DNA of 64,000 nucleotides from Massalongia carnosa (taxonomy: Eukaryota), in assembly GCA_965645245.1 (NCBI GenBank), contig OZ287075.1, forward strand, positions 310,001 through 374,000, given 5' to 3'. The translations under genes were made by a program, and so were the position numbers. How positions within the stretch are numbered: position 1 is the first letter of the stretch; every line of letters begins with the position of its first letter. Below, piece by piece: positions 39,528 through 52,151 of this stretch. The notes under the pieces are model-generated. The model was not told the origin of the DNA. It did no database searches and was given only the letters and a program-made list of their open reading frames with translations.

Positions 39528-41547
39528 CAGTCAGATCGGGTTATAAGAAACTCCAAAATCGTAGCACCTAGGTTTCTTATTAAGCGAGGTTTCTAATATC
39601 AAAATTCTTGGCATATTTTCAAGACTATACCTATCGACTACCTAATGGCAAAGAAATCCGTCATTACAACTTGCCTACAGCTAATCGCCATTGAGGTCTT
39701 GATATCCCACTCTTTACGATTCAGACGACGTATCAAATCATCGTCACCGACCTCTCGTTGCTCCTCATATAACCGTAACGTTTCAAGAGCTCGTAGAGCG
39801 TCCTTGTTTTGAACACGTGATACAATGACCTTCTCCTCCTCCGTCTCGTATTCTCTTTCATGGCCATCATATATAGCAACGATGTGATCCTCCAAATCCT
39901 CTTCGGTATCCTCTACCACCTCTTCAACAGGGTTCAGAAACTCGTCAATACGCATGACGCTTTGTATATGATCACGGTCTTTCAAACGCCGTATTGTAGC
40001 TTGTATCTGTAGTCGTTGCTCCGTTTCTTGCTCTTGCGTCCGAGTCTCATTGAGATAGTCATATTTCTCTGCCTCTTCTCGAGTCATTGGCCCATGTTTT
40101 GTCCCGATTACACGAGATTTCAGTCAACAATTAGAGATAGTTAACTGAGTAACACAGTAATTCCAGGCGGCTACGCATCAACGTATTGCCATCAGTACGT
40201 TGATGGTTTTTAACGGCTCCCTATCTGTGTCGTATTCGGAGGTCATGTATTCTAGTCAGCGTTGTCTGTAATGAGCCTTGAAAGCGCCTATAATACCCTG
40301 ATCAGGCGGCTGGCATAAGCTGACAGCATTGACTGACAGAAATATAACGCTAACATGGGATAAACCACCTTCAGCAACTATGATATCCAAGCCGCTTTTG
40401 CTGAGCTGAAAAATTGTCAATTAACAATACAACCTGACGACTTACGTTGCCATTAAATCAGCGTAAATACTCCCGAAATATATCGCCCGACATCCAAGCT
40501 CTACTGTTACTGCGCCATATCATATGCAGGTTACAAGCGTGAACACCCTGTGAACCAAAAGCACGCGGATTTTTGACCGTCCCAATGAACCATATGAGAA
40601 GCTTGTAAGTTCCAGTAGCATTGCAACAGAAATTTGCAGTAATTCTCGCTTTTTCCACCTTGCCGCCTGGGAGCTGTTCCGTAGCTAATGTAGTACTGAG
40701 TGTAGCCTTTCAAAATAAGGCAGTTTCATCCATGTTGTAGATATCTTCCTGATCGTATGATAATAGCTGTACCCGTATTACTTCTAACTCTTCTTCAACC
40801 TCCACGCGCTTGACGGAATCGAGCTCGCCGTGTTGTTTATGTTTTGTAATCTTGTATCTTCTTTTGAAAGAATTCAGCCATCCAATAGAGAACCTGAAAG
40901 AGGATTGATTACGGTACAGAGGCAATCGTTTCCAAAATTTCAAGGCCATTTCTCTTAACAAATCGCCCGACAAAGGCGCTCTTTTGCGTTGCATGCGCTG
41001 TTGCCACTCAAATAAGGCCGTTTCTAATTCAGACCAATGTGCAGTTCGAATTTTCTTCAGATTCGGGCGTAGCAATGCGTGAGATGTATCCAGATGAGCC
41101 CATTTATGTGAGAGGATTTTGGAAACTTGTCCTTTGTCAATTTTATGACGGTAAAGATTGTCAAACCAAACGACCAGTTTTTCGTATTTCTTGTCATCTC
41201 CGGATACAGCAGGATCTTGGTAACGCTGTCGTAATGCTCGTCGTTGGTCGTCGATAAAGGCGTCACGCTTTTTTCTGCTTCTCTCTCTGGGAGAAAGCGG
41301 GGATGTAGAACGTTTTCGAGGATTTCGAGATAGAGTCTCCGGATTTTGACTATTATATCTCAAAGAAGTCCAAGGTTAAGTCATATTTACTATAAGAAAC
41401 CACCGCAAAATTTTTAGAAAAAGTTAAGAAACTTTCTAATAGAGCGAGGTTTCTTATCTCTCACCAGAAAAAAACCGGTCTTTTCGTCCGAGTTTCTTAC
41501 TAGCCGAGGTTTCTTAATCAGCAGTTTCTTATAACCCGATCTGACTG
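39528..41547 (-). mobile_element. pogo/Tigger-like (Tc1-mariner superfamily, CENP-B HTH + DDE_1) DNA transposon, full length, transposase dead
   Basis: Perfect 25-bp TIRs cagtcagatcgggttataagaaact (39528-39552 and 41523-41547), TA on both flanks, subterminal gaggtttct repeats. Motifs LE..LFEW, FSIGWLNSFKRRY, YNMDETALF, LLIDNF, CQP.DQGII. Five in-frame TGA stops and a frameshift. Confidence 0.95.
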
Positions 41548-42680
41548 TACCAGCCAGAAACCCACATAACCCTCTTCCTCCTCCTACTTTCAGGGGAGAA
41601 GAAATGGAGTAGTGCTCACGTGAAAAAGCGGGGGGGGCTTCTGCGGTCTCGGTCTCGATTTGAAGGGAGGGAGGGAGAATGGAGATTTGAGGTTGGTAAA
41701 ATATCAGGTAGACGGGTTGATGTGATGAGGAAGGCGGGGCTTGGGGATCTGGAAATGCTGGTTAAAAATGGGGGGAGGGTTTGCTTTTTGTTTGTTGATT
41801 GATTGGCTGATTGACTAACCTGTTTGCTTATTTGTCTCTCTATTCATATCCACAGGACGCAGCTCCGACTTCCGGATCAGCCAGGCTTCGGCTCCGGATC
41901 ACGCGCTCGCACTCTCATCCTACAAACCGAGGGGGAAGGGGAGGAGAAAGGATTCTCTCAACTCTTTTATTTCTTCGTGTTTTTTTTTCTCTTTTCTAAA
42001 TTATTACTTTTTTTCTTCCAAAAAGTCGGCCATGCGTCACTTCGCTGAGATGCGGGGTTTGGCCTTGGAGGGTTTTGGGATCTGGAATCTTGAAGGGGGT
42101 TGGTTGGTTTGATGAGTGTGTGTGTGTGTGGGAGAGAGAGGGAAATGTGGGATTTGTAGCTGGGGAGAGAGAGAGGAAGGGATTCTTGAGAATGGGTATG
42201 CAGGTGAAATGGGGATGAAATGGAATGAAATGAGGATGAGAAGAAAGAGAAGAAGAATGCATTTCTCGTCCCCTAATCCCATTATTCTGCTTTCTTCCCT
42301 TCTTTCCTCTCTCTCTCTCTCTCTTACACCTTCCAAAACGGAATGACAAAAGAAGAAGAAGAAAAAACGAAAAAAGATGTATGCAGGATAGATAGATAGA
42401 TAGATAGGAGGGATAAGGATGAAGATGAAAAACATTTAATCTACCTATTATACAACATATTTCCTCATCGACTCAAGTCGAGTCGAGAGAAGCGATGATG
42501 GGAAAACCCGGAGAAGGCTGAAAGAAAGTATGTCTGATACAGAGTACCTAGATACCGACCTAGATATTATGCCTAGATACATATCTCGAGATCTGGTTTA
42601 GATAGAGACCTGAGTACCTAGAGTATAAAGGATAGAGGAGTGAACAGTTCTCTATATATACCTTCCATGTACATATATAC

Positions 42681-43993
42681 AAAGTCTGCGGCCCAACCCG
42701 TAATTTTCGTGATTTCGCGTTTTCAACTCATCAACCCCCCATCTTCCACCTCATCATTTCACCATGCTTCGTGCTTCTTTGACCCCCATAAGTGGTAATC
42801 GGCCTCGTAATACTGAATTGACGCCATATCAACGTGGTATGATTGTTGGGGCCCAGGCGTTGGGGCACACACCGACCGAGATTGGGAAGACTCTTAATTT
42901 CACTAAATCGACCGTGCAGAGCACCATTCAGAAGCACTCAATTCGCAACGACGGCGTGTCTAAATCACGTTCTGGACGGCCTGAAGTGCTGTCAGAACGT
43001 GATCGACGTTATATCATCAAGCATGCACGAATCAATCCACGAATCACTTATGCACAAATCAAACTAGAAGTGGGGCTCGGCTGCGGTCGTACGACTATTT
43101 ATCGGGCACTCAAACTGTATGGTTTAACCAACTGGGTGGCTAAAAAACGACCTTTATTGACGCCTGAGGTGGCCAAGAAACGATTGGATTGGTGCTTGCT
43201 GCGGCGTGAGTGGACTTTTGAGCAGTGGTCAAGAGTTATATGGTCAGATGAGTGCTCGGTGGAAAAGGGGTCAGGAAAACAGCGTCAGTGGGTGTTCAGA
43301 TTGCCGAAAGAAAAATGGAATAAAGAGATGATACAACCTGTCCCCAAAGCCAAAGGAGTCAGTGTCATGGTCTGGGCAGCTTTTTGGGGAGATGACAGGT
43401 CAGATCTTTACAAATTGGCTCGTGATTTTGCTGCGAAGAAGATGGGGTACTCGGCGTACTCATATATGGAATTATTGAACGATAATCTGCTTGGAATTTG
43501 GCAACCGGGCCTCATTTTCATGCAGGATAACGCACCTATACATAAGGCTAAAAAGGTGATGGAATGGTTCAATGAGAACGGCATAGAGGTCATCGATTGG
43601 CCCCCCTATTCACCTGATTTAAATCCCATCGAGCACGTTTGGTATGTGCTCAAAAAGCTCGTCTATCAAGTCAACCCGAACATAGATTTGGTGATCGGCA
43701 GTGATGAGGTACTTTGGAAAGCGTTAGAAGAAGCCTGGACGTTGATAGATGTGAAAATGATGAGGAGGTTAATAGAGAGCATGAATAGGAGGATAAAAGC
43801 GTGTATAGCGTCGGAAGGATGGTATACTAAATATTAAAAATCAATTTTTGGGGGAATTCTTGTTTAGTATGTATGTAATCATTATGTAAAGTTTCAAGAC
43901 ATTTCAGCAATCGTGACGTGGTTGATTGTTGATTGAATAGAATGATTGAAATGTTGGTAGGGTGCGGGGCCGCAGACTTTTGGCCTAGTACTG
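42681..43993 (+). mobile_element. Tc1-like DD34E DNA transposon; right TIR complete, left tip degraded
   Basis: aaagtctgcggccc at 42681-42694 is inverted at 43967-43980. The right end continues to ...tggcctagtactg followed by TA at 43994-43995. Confidence 0.9.
42764..43837 (+). CDS. Tc1 transposase, intact 357-aa ORF
   Basis: HTH region with RSGRP linker, KKRPLLT, WSDE, FMQDNAPIH, WPPYSPDLNPIEHVW, GWYTKY. 34 residues counted between the second D and E. Confidence 0.96.
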   Translation: MLRASLTPISGNRPRNTELTPYQRGMIVGAQALGHTPTEIGKTLNFTKSTVQSTIQKHSIRNDGVSKSRSGRPEVLSERDRRYIIKHARINPRITYAQIKLEVGLGCGRTTIYRALKLYGLTNWVAKKRPLLTPEVAKKRLDWCLLRREWTFEQWSRVIWSDECSVEKGSGKQRQWVFRLPKEKWNKEMIQPVPKAKGVSVMVWAAFWGDDRSDLYKLARDFAAKKMGYSAYSYMELLNDNLLGIWQPGLIFMQDNAPIHKAKKVMEWFNENGIEVIDWPPYSPDLNPIEHVWYVLKKLVYQVNPNIDLVIGSDEVLWKALEEAWTLIDVKMMRRLIESMNRRIKACIASEGWYTKY

Positions 43994-44102
43994 TACATAC
44001 ATAGCCTTGGCACCGGCCCAGCCCCCGGGGTATTGGTCCAGCGGCTCCAATCTCGCGGAAGTGCCTGTTGGAAAAGAAAGGAGAAAGCGTCCACCATCAT
44101 CA

Positions 44103-45347
44103 TCATGCCGCCAAGCCCGGCATGCCCTCGACGCCACCGAGACCGGTCCAGAAGGCGTCGAAATCCACGCCGTGGTCGGCAAAGAGGGATTTTCCCTTTC
44201 GGAGCGTTTCCGCTTTTCTCGCGGCCGAGGTTTGAGGTTTCCCTTTCTCTGTTGCGGATGCCTCGATTTCCTGGTCCCCAAGCTGCGCTTCGGCCTCTTC
44301 CCGCCCTTGCCGCTGCCGCCGCCGCTGCCGCCGTTCCTCCTCCTCTACCTGCCCCATCAGCTCCTCCCCCACCAAGCCCCCCCGCCCCTCAGTCTCCCAT
44401 TGCACTAGGTCGATCCAACTCCAAAACAGAGCTTCCTTGCCCATTGCCCCCAAGCGGGCCCTAACCCTCTCTACCTTCCTAGTCGCCTCCCCTGCCTCCC
44501 CCCCATCCCTAGCCCCATCGAGCTTCCAAACCAACCAGCCGCCCCGCCCCTCTACCCACACGGCCACCGTCCTCCCCCCAAACTCGCCCATGTCCAGCTC
44601 TCCCCTGGCCACGGCCCGATGGGCCTCCACCATGCCGCCGTACCATAGATCCCAATCCTTGTCCAGCATCGCCATGCCCGTCCGGCCATCCACCCACTCC
44701 TTCTGCACCCCGGGCAAGACCCTCTCGGCAAAGATCCCGCTCCCGCTAGTAGTAGCAGCAGGAGAATCCCCCACCAGCTCCTCCTCCGCGACCCCAGCAT
44801 CCACCCACCCCCGGCTCTGCCTCACGACCATTTCCCTCGCGCTCACGCCGACCTCCCACCGCCACCGCGCTGGCCCGACCGGCACCCCCCACCAGCGGAA
44901 AAATCCCCACGGCCACCCGGCCACGAAGCGCACGAGGGTGAAGTCCAGAAAGAACATGGCCGTGCGGCGCGCCCCAAGATCCATTAGGTGCGGCCAGTCT
45001 GCGGCGGGGATATCGACGCTCGCGGGGGTGGGGACGCCCAGTGTGGCGAGCAGGATGGAGAAGTAGACGGGGACGGCGTAGGCCGCGCGCCAGAGGAGGA
45101 GGGCAGTGAGCGCAAGGTTGAGCACGAGCGGGACGGCGAAGGAGAGTCGTTTGTGTCGCGGGGAGAAGACGTCGGTGTGGAGGATGTAGATGTGGCCGCG
45201 GGGGAGGGTGGCGAGGAAGCGGGCGAGGGCCGGGGAGGGGGGTTGGAAGGGGTATTTATGGGGGGTTGGGGGGGTAGACTTTGGGGGTGGGGCGGAGGAG
45301 GGTTTGAAGGAGGGTTTAGAGGTTCGTTTGATGGTTGATTTGGCCAT
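44103..45347 (-). CDS. Hypothetical membrane protein
   Basis: Long GC-rich ORF with likely ATG at 45347 (MAKSTIK), two hydrophobic segments and a charged C-terminus; no function recognised. Confidence 0.75.
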   Translation of the reverse strand: MAKSTIKRTSKPSFKPSSAPPPKSTPPTPHKYPFQPPSPALARFLATLPRGHIYILHTDVFSPRHKRLSFAVPLVLNLALTALLLWRAAYAVPVYFSILLATLGVPTPASVDIPAADWPHLMDLGARRTAMFFLDFTLVRFVAGWPWGFFRWWGVPVGPARWRWEVGVSAREMVVRQSRGWVDAGVAEEELVGDSPAATTSGSGIFAERVLPGVQKEWVDGRTGMAMLDKDWDLWYGGMVEAHRAVARGELDMGEFGGRTVAVWVEGRGGWLVWKLDGARDGGEAGEATRKVERVRARLGAMGKEALFWSWIDLVQWETEGRGGLVGEELMGQVEEEERRQRRRQRQGREEAEAQLGDQEIEASATEKGKPQTSAARKAETLRKGKSLFADHGVDFDAFWTGLGGVEGMPGLAA

Positions 45348-45737
45348 TTCTGCCAAGTGTGGAGGGTGGAAGTTTAACGGGTCGATGGTTTTCGGAAGAG
45401 GGAGGTTCAATCAGAAGGCGCTAGGGCTATACCCTTATTAGGTTAGCTCCCTAACCTTGGCCCCTGAATGGCAGCCGACTTTCATGGATGAGAACATACA
45501 GGAGTATTAAACTTAACCATTATATTTACTTATCAGCATTTCTCATCTCAGATCATGTCGACATTACTCTATCCAATAACCGACTGGTGAACGACAAGGT
45601 CATTCCCACGTCCTCTATACAATTAAACAGAACCAGCGACTGCCCGCAGAAGCCAAGAATTTACCATAACCCCCCCACCCCCAATTATCCGCGCCATTCA
45701 TTAAAAGATAAAGCCGCCAACCCCGATACATCTTTCC

Positions 45738-48700
45738 TTAGGGCTTCCCCCGGTAGTAATCATACCTCAGCCTTTCATCCGGCGTTTCCACCCCAGGTAC
45801 ACCCACGTATCCGCTCCCACCCGTTCGCCATCTTTCCATGCCAAAGTGTTCCCTCCCAATATACTCGGGCGGACCCGCAACGCCAATAGGTTGCGCGTCG
45901 GCTAATAGGGTGCTCTCACTTTCATTCCCCGTCTGATAAAAGCCCTGCCCTCTGCCCGCGCTGCCGCCTCGGAATCCCGGCGCACCCAAGTCACCTTGGT
46001 CCCGGTAGGCAGAATGTTGATTTACAGAGGCCGAAATCGTTCCCTGAGGCCCTGTTCGGTTTGCCGCAACCGCAGCTCGACCATCAGGCCCGGGACTCGA
46101 AGCTCTGGAACTTGCATTGGAAGTTCCGCCACTTCCTAGGAAGCTTTTCGGGGTGTTGCTTCGCTCGCTGATCAAATCCGTGGGTCTGCCGTACATTTGG
46201 CCATCGCCGCCATGTTCGTCGGCGAACTCGGCTCGGTCTTTGAAATGAGCAAAATCGAGCTGGGATACAGGAACGATTTCAAAGAATTCTCGTGGTCCTG
46301 TGGGGGCGAATCGCGCTGTCTTGCCGGGTTGGGACCGCGACATGGAATCCATGGCGATGCCTGAGTAATCGCCCGGAGGTGCACCGTCGGCGTTGAGACG
46401 GCCCCGGTATACTTGCGAAAGGACATGGCGTGCTTTCTCGTGGACCATTGGTGTCATGAGAGGTTTGTAGAGGGCAGGATGGCCGAACCTACTTGCGACG
46501 CGGTCGTTTCGACGGACTTTCCTGCCAGGGTCGGCTAAGCTTTCCGGATCCTTCCGAGTGGCTTTGGTGTAGTATGTGCTTGGGTTGTCAAAAGTTCTCC
46601 TGCAATACCATTTGAAGCCGCACATAAGAATTGGGAGGGGAACAAGACAGAACACTTGGGTCCAGGTACCGTTGACCTTGACGACAAGACCAACAATCAA
46701 GTTTGACAGGATGACGGCGAATATAAGACGATTATATACTATCCGCCAGTACTGACCACCGGATTCATTCTTGGTAACGAAAACGTATAAGAGGAGATAC
46801 TTCTTCAGCCAATAATCGAAAGTAAAGTAGAATGCTGTTATGGGGAGGACAAGAGGCTGGAGGGTCACGAATGCAAGCGCCACCGTTGCATAGAATAGAA
46901 AGTAGTTGAAATAGACGGCGTAGTCGAACGGCGTAGGAGCGGTCCATTCAATTGTCTGGCGTGGCGTTGGATGCCTAAACGTGCGAATGAACCAGACCCA
47001 TGTAAGACTGATGACCTGAACGAGGTCAATTGCCGCACCCAGATTGCGTTGAAGAAGCCAGGTAAGCCAGAACGGAGACACGTTGGCGAGGCCGTACATC
47101 AAATGGAGGACAAACTTTCCGTTCCTAATGGCATCCCAGACGCCCACGTGATCGTCACGGTGAATCACGGCGGCGACAAAGGCCCAGACGGTAGAGAAGA
47201 TGGAGAAGATGATGAGATTGTTGAAGACAAAAAAGGCGTAGAGTTTGGTGGTGACATGACGCTCTCGGGACGTTTTGGTGGTGTCTCCAGCTTTGATGGA
47301 AAGCCGCCTAAAAACGATGGGAAGGATGAGGTAGATGAGAGAGATCAAGGCCGGAGAAGCGACACCCTGCACCGCAGACCAAGTCAAGTGATGTCCATCA
47401 AAATTTGTTCTGAAGCCCGGCCAGACTTGTGCCAGATTCGACAGGTTCGAGAGGAACACCGCAATCAAAGCGTTGGGAACAATCCAAATGACGGTCAATA
47501 TCGTGATCCAAAAGTTGTTCATAAAGCGCTTCCACCTTCGCGTGTTCTTCGTTAATGGCAGATTCTGCCAGATCAAATCGTTCGGTCTTGGTGCCAAGGT
47601 GATTGTAGTGCCAAGAGGGTGCTTCTTCCTGGACGCAAAAGCGACGACATGTGCATCATCGATGCTCTCATAGCTGGCAAAACCAAAAGGCATCGAATTG
47701 CGCTTATCGACAGATTCGCGAACATAGTCAATCTCCGACTCCAGCTCACGAATTCGACCCGTTAGATAGTCAATCGAGTCCACCTTCTCATCTCCGTTGT
47801 TCCGACGGTATTCCTTGGGAGGGCGATGGGTGGGCCGGACCAAGGGCAAACGGTCAGGATTCTTTAGATATTTTGCCAGCACTTTTTCCAACTTCCGGAC
47901 TGCTTTCTCATGCTCATCGATCATGCTGGGAAGTTCTTTAACGTTGCGTCCAATGCTCGCTCTGGGCACCCCTGCAGTTTTCTCAACCCCATCAAGTATT
48001 CGGAGGATTCCTTCGTCGGATCTCGAAGGCGACGGGATATCCGTTATCATCAGCGTCCGTGAGTGCAAGCTCATCAGGTAATCTGCGCTTTCAAAGTACT
48101 GCCTTCGCAATCGGGTTATGGCTAGGTAGTTTCGCCACAAAAAGAATGCGATGATGGCGTCAACTGCGTACGCACTGAAAACGTGGGCCCACAAAGCTTC
48201 GCTTTTGATAGATACCGGGGTCATCGTAGCAAACACTTTATCCGGCCCATTTCTCGTCGTGGTTTTGTTGCTCCCAATCGTGTTTGCGGGTATTAAAACT
48301 ACAATACTGATTACACTGAGAGCAAAAAACATATTCCGGCACATTCTGGTGAATCTTAGAAACACTGTCCCATCCAATCCAACTTTATCGACTAGTTGAG
48401 ATTCTTTTACCCGGTTCACAGGCCCAAACCAGGCAAATAGACCTTTACCAATCCGAGGCGGAGCATGCTTTTCATCCGCGTATTTCTGCTTTGGGGCGTA
48501 TACGACTGTATTGTGAGGCCGCATGAGAGAGAACAGTAGGGTGATGAGGATCATGAACCCGACAGACGTGCCCAGAGAGGCCCAAAAAGCGTTTACTTGA
48601 AACTGTAATTGCCTTGATTAGCTGGGGAAAAGTGCCTATGGGCGGTAGACGTACAGCTGCTTTGAACGGATCTTGTACCAGGCAGAACAGCTCATTTGCA

Positions 48701-48756
48701 CCATCAAGAGTGGCAGGATTCCCGCAGTCTACTTTTGCCGGAGCTTTGGCAGTCAT
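45738..48756 (-). CDS. CSC1/OSCA/TMEM63 (RSN1, DUF221) calcium-permeable stress-gated channel
   Basis: Short exon 1 from 48756 splices to FQVNAFWASLG. Motifs VYAPK, GLDG..FLRF.RM, SRTLMITDIP, FGFASY, LAPRPNDLIWQN, YLLLYVF....ESGG.YW; many TM helices. Confidence 0.92.
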
Positions 48757-49502
48757 GATCGCAAATGAACGGACGTCCGGAAATCCCGGACTTGTACCAA
48801 ATAGGGTCACGGACTTAGGGAGAGAAGGGGAGGTTGTTAGAATCGAGGTTGGAAAGGAATTGATTAGGCCATTATTTCTCCGTGATGTTGAATAAGGGTA
48901 CTAGTCATAAATATTTATAGGGGGTCTTCAAGAGGCCGAGCGCAATGAATGAATGACTTCCCAGGGGACGAATTGACGGAAGGAAAGAAAATCAACGAAA
49001 GGAGAAGGAGAAGGTGAATTAAATGCTATTAACTATTAGTGATAGCGAGAATCATTCCCAGATAGATCACAGGAGCAAAAACAACAAAAAACCAATATTT
49101 CTCCGCATTGTTTTCGGAGCGTGTCCTGTCCATAATTTTCGCCTTTCGCGATCTTTGTCATTTTCTATTTTTAAATATCGTGCCCCAACACCTCTGATGC
49201 ACATCTTGGAACACCATACCTAAGAGTGGGCGATTACGGAATGGCCGGATAGCAGACGTACGAGATCTGATTAGGGAGGTACACGTGTGTTATCGAAAGC
49301 GGGATTCAACGACACACACGACCAAATCCAGAAAAACCTTGCGCAAAGGACAGCATGTGTTACTGTCCACCTAATTACATATGTACAACCACGAGCCAGC
49401 AGTTCGAGGACATTCATGACCCGAATTGTATGCTTGGTTTAGCTTAGACCCCGCCTGAGCGGGGAAGTGAGAAAAAATATCTACCCCTCGGCATTCACCC
49501 AA

Positions 49503-50735
49503 TCATAGCTGCCCCGCAGTATTAAAGTCAACCAGCCCCTCTTGTACACGCACCGACATTGTCTTCTCCCCTTCTCGCACCCACACACGGGGATCAAAGT
49601 ACTTCTTGTTCGGCTTATCATCTCCGTCGGGGTTGCCCACTTGCGAGGAGATGTAGTCCTTTTTATTCAGAACGTAATCCCGAATGCCGGTCAGATAGGC
49701 ATATTGCAGATCGGTGTCGAGGTTGACTTTGACCACTCCATGTCCAATGGCGTCCGTGTACTCTTTCTTCGAAGATCCAGACCCACCATGGAAGACGAGG
49801 AATACGGGCTTATCGTCCTTACCGTTAATCTTTTCCTTGACGTAATTTTGATGCTTGCCGAGAAGCTCTGGGTGCAACTTGACGTTTCCGGGCTTGTACA
49901 CTCCGTGAACGTTGCCGAAACCGGCTGCGATGGAGAAATATGGGCTGATCGCGGAAAGAGTCTTGTAGATGTTGTAGATATCTTCTGGCTGCGTGTAGAG
50001 GGCGTTATTGTCAACTTCTTCGTTGTTCACGCCGTCTTCTTCGCCTCCGGTGATGCCAATTTCCTAAAGAGAGTGAGATTAAATAGATCTATAGCCTGTC
50101 TTACGAGAGTCAACATACCATTTCCAGCCATTGCTTCATCGGAGCAGCTCTCTTAAGGTATTTGGCAGTCGTTGCAATGTTCCATCCAACATCCTCCTCT
50201 GACAGATCGATCATGTGGCTGGAGAAAAGCGGTTCGCCATGCTCCTTGAAGTACTTCTCGTCCGCATCCAGCATACCATCTAACCATGGAAGAAGCTTCT
50301 TGGCGCAATGATCTGTGTGAAGGATGACAGGAATTCCGTAGATGGGGGCGATGGCACGGATGTACTGAGCACCGGCAATGGCACCAGCTATCGAAGCTTG
50401 TTGATCACCATTGGCAACTCCCTGGAGTCGAAGTCAGAATCGAAATAGCAAAAACGCAATGTTCTTTACCTTTCCAGCAAAGTAAGCCGCACCACCTTGG
50501 GACATCTGGATGATGAGAGGAGCCTTTTTATCCCTGGCAGCTTCTAAGGACGCAACCACTGTTGACGAGGAGGTAACGTTCTGCAGGCCTGTTAGAATCC
50601 CCTTCATGCATCCAAGGAAATGCGACGCACAATGGCAGGAATGGCAAATTTCTTCTCTTGGCAGTACTTGAAGAGATTGAGGACATCGTCCCCCACGATT
50701 ACACCGGTCTTTCGACTGAGAACATTGGTTGCCAT
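49503..50735 (-). CDS. FBA1: Fructose-bisphosphate aldolase class II, four exons
   Basis: FAIPAI-NVTSSST, SQGGAAYFAGK, LHTDHCAKKLLPWLDG, SSHMIDLSEE, FGNVHGVYKPGNV, VFHGGSGS, KVNLDTD, FDPRVWVREGE. Confidence 0.97.
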
Positions 50736-51024
50736 GTTTATGGCTGATAGGAACTTTAGGGTAAAGAATAGGGAGTTTAGAAGACTTTGAATAGAATTGG
50801 GGGAGAATGTAAGATTGGGGTTGTGGGTGAGAGTTATCTTCGAAGAAACTCAAAGTTACCAACCGGTGTGAGAATGTGGGTGGGGCAAAAGTCGCTAAGA
50901 AGCTGAAAATCCCCCGGTAGAAAAGCAGTGGTCTTCTGGGTTTAAGTAACCAATCAAACAAAGCAAAAAAAGAGAAATCCAAACTCAGCGAAATAGGAAC
51001 CTGAAGGTTACATTTCCATCACCT

Positions 51025-51978
51025 TCATTGGCCCATGATTCTTACAACCCTCCTGACAGCCTCCCCGCCTTTCACTTGAATATCCACAGCAAAGTTCCCC
51101 AGCACCTTCAGCCGATCTGACTCCTCGACTGCTCCTTCGCCTTCACTCCTGATAATCGTAATATCTTCTGCTCCCAGGACAATCCGTTCGCCTTCCTCGC
51201 TCGTCCTGAGCAGAGCCTTCGCTTCTTCCGCAATGTCTGCCGCAGACACCGATCCAAAAATCGCGACTGAATGAGCTCGAGGCAATAACTTAGATGAGGC
51301 AGCCGCATCCTCTGCTGAAGGACTATTAGAACTTCCGGATGGTGTAGTTACTGTTTCCCGCGGAGAGGCTGAGGGCTCTGGATTAGATATGGGTGTCCTG
51401 AAAAAGCGTAGGATTGGCGGCAAGGTAGAGGAAATTATTTCCGTAGCTTTCTGAGGCTGGGAGATTGTCAGTTATCGAGCTTATGCAAGGAAATAGACCT
51501 AAGTACAGATAAGAGGTCCATTTGGACATTCAACAAGCTTCTTTCATCGCCCTCCGCGCTGCTCTCCTCTACATCCCCAGATTTCTCCATTCCATAAGTA
51601 TAGTCCCTTTCAATGGGATACTCCTGCCTTTTCAAATCTCGTAGTTGTTCCTTCGAGACATAGGCTGCTTTCTGGAAAGGGTATAAGATATTTCGCATCC
51701 GCCCAGGGGCAACTGGAATGACAGAACCTGGTACCATCAGGTCTTCCGCATCTGTACTATAGATTGCGGTGGTTGCTGCAGCGCTTACCTTCTTTACCAT
51801 AACCTGGGATATCCTCTAGAAGTTTGACGTTCAGCATGACGGGTTGCTTTCTAACCTTTTTCTTTCCGCGCAGTTGGCGTAGGAATGGCATTGCGACATC
51901 GGGTATATCATAATTAGCAAGACGTCTGCGGCAAAAAAGACACAGAGGGCCTCTTGTGATTCTGGCAAGATTGGCCAT
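51025..51978 (-). CDS. Mitochondrial ribosomal protein bL9m, three exons
   Basis: Arg-rich presequence; VKLLEDIPGYGKE-GSVIPVAPGRMRNILYP (L9 N-domain); IFGSVSAADIA...RLKVLGNF.VDI (C-domain). Confidence 0.85.
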
Positions 51979-52151
51979 GCTAACAGGGGGTGTTTCGGTT
52001 TTGGATGTTCATTAGGAAGAGCTGTGAGAATATCAAAGCTAGTCAACAGATCACCCCGAAATTCACCCGAATTTTTAAAACAAAATAACCGTTCCACCAA
52101 TAAGATCTACGGAGTACTCGCAAAACCACGTGGCATGGATCGCATCTAAGT

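Noticed and set aside
49440..49505. Cryptic peroxisomal PTS1 by readthrough of the FBA1 stop: an in-frame SKL occurs about 20 codons downstream
   Set aside because: SKL is followed by AAC rather than a stop, and the stop context is TGA TTG, not the TGA CTA readthrough motif.
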